A stretch of DNA of 64,000 nt from positions 387 to 64,386 of the forward strand of contig CAZCSK010000008.1 in NCBI GenBank assembly GCA_964501265.1. Reading direction: 5' to 3'. Source of the DNA: an uncultured Actinomycetes bacterium. Its GTDB lineage: Bacteria > Actinomycetota > CADDZG01 > JAHWKV01. Position 1 is the stretch's first letter, and every line of letters begins with the position of its first letter. The position numbers were made by a program, and so were the translations under genes. Positions 63,741 to 64,000 of this stretch are shown piece after piece. The notes beneath the pieces were generated by a model. It saw nothing but the letters and a program-made list of their open reading frames with translations. It searched no databases and had not been told where the DNA came from.

Positions 63741-64000
63741 AGGAATTACGCGGTAGCCACGACGGCCGGGGCCTTCGAATAGGCGTCGTCGTAAGCAGAT
63801 TCAATGAACGCATCACAAGCGGCCTTCTGGAAGGGGCGCTGAAAGCCCTCAAGGAAGCTGACGTCACCGATGACAACGTCGTAGTGATTTCGGTCCCTGG
63901 GGCCTTCGAGATTCCGGGGGCCGCACAAAAGCTGGCTTTAACCAGAACGATCGACGCCGTCGTCTGTCTCGGTGCCGTGATTCGGGGAGAGACAGAACAC
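63737..64000 (+). CDS. ribH: 6,7-dimethyl-8-ribityllumazine synthase (3' partial at window edge)
   Basis: RIGVVVSRFNE...VPGAFEIP...VVCLGAVIRGETEH. TTG start overlaps the ribBA stop. Confidence 0.8.
   Translation, partial: MKELRGSHDGRGLRIGVVVSRFNERITSGLLEGALKALKEADVTDDNVVVISVPGAFEIPGAAQKLALTRTIDAVVCLGAVIRGETEH

Noticed and set aside
63746-63928. 60-aa minus-strand ORF
   Set aside because: It is antisense to a clear ribH reading frame with conserved lumazine synthase motifs.
1-64000. Search for tRNA, rRNA, CRISPR arrays, and IS/transposase or integrase genes
   Set aside because: No T-arm or anticodon-like structures, no regularly spaced direct repeats, and no transposase- or recombinase-like ORFs were seen. 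The accessory blocks show no mobility genes other than the small palindromic repeats.

Overview
This is a 64 kb high-GC window that looks like an Actinobacteria-like chromosomal core, with about 75 genes in tightly packed operons and overlapping start/stop codons. No rRNA, tRNA, CRISPR array or IS/transposase gene was seen.

The conserved backbone, 5' to 3', is:
- a branched-chain amino-acid ABC transporter on the minus strand (livK-like binding protein, livH, livM, livG, livF)
- aroC-aroK-aroB-aroQ-pepP-efp-nusB
- a Bacillus-style pyrimidine operon: pyrR (with a PyrR-binding attenuator), pyrB, pyrC, carA, carB, pyrK, pyrD, pyrF, pyrE
- mihF, gmk, rpoZ, coaBC, then metK, priA, def, fmt, rpe
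- an FMN riboswitch followed by ribD, ribE, ribBA and the 5' end of ribH

Three accessory blocks interrupt that backbone:
1. Between nusB and pyrR sits a stress partner-switching island (20.1-27.2 kb). It holds two CsbD-like genes, a STAS antagonist, a PAS-GAF-PP2C phosphatase, a SigB/SigF-like sigma factor, two RsbW-like anti-sigma proteins and a rhodanese+CBS gene broken by an in-frame TGA. At least four candidate SigB-type promoters (GTTT-N13/14-GGG[A/C/T]A[A/T]) lie in it.
2. Immediately downstream of that is a membrane-lipid module (27.3-31.7 kb): three PAP2 phosphatases (one with an LssY-like C-terminal domain, one fused to a DAGK-type lipid kinase) and a DedA-family protein.
3. A complete Gram-positive-type Tad/Flp pilus locus (flp, tadG/E/F-like genes, cpaB, cpaE/tadZ, cpaF/tadA, tadB, tadC) is wedged between coaBC and metK.

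The most unusual signal is a family of ~67-69 bp G/C-homopolymer-flanked palindromic repeats (GGGGGGTTCGCAGCTTCTGGCGCGCGCGGTTCCGTACGTAGGGGGGCTGCTACCCCCCCGAACCCCCC). There are seven full or near-full copies and three short terminal fragments in this window. Most lie inside, and in frame with, essential housekeeping genes (carA, carB x2, priA x2 in tandem, aroC, ribBA, the sigma factor C-terminus). They occur in both orientations and in more than one reading frame, much like the Rickettsia palindromic elements.
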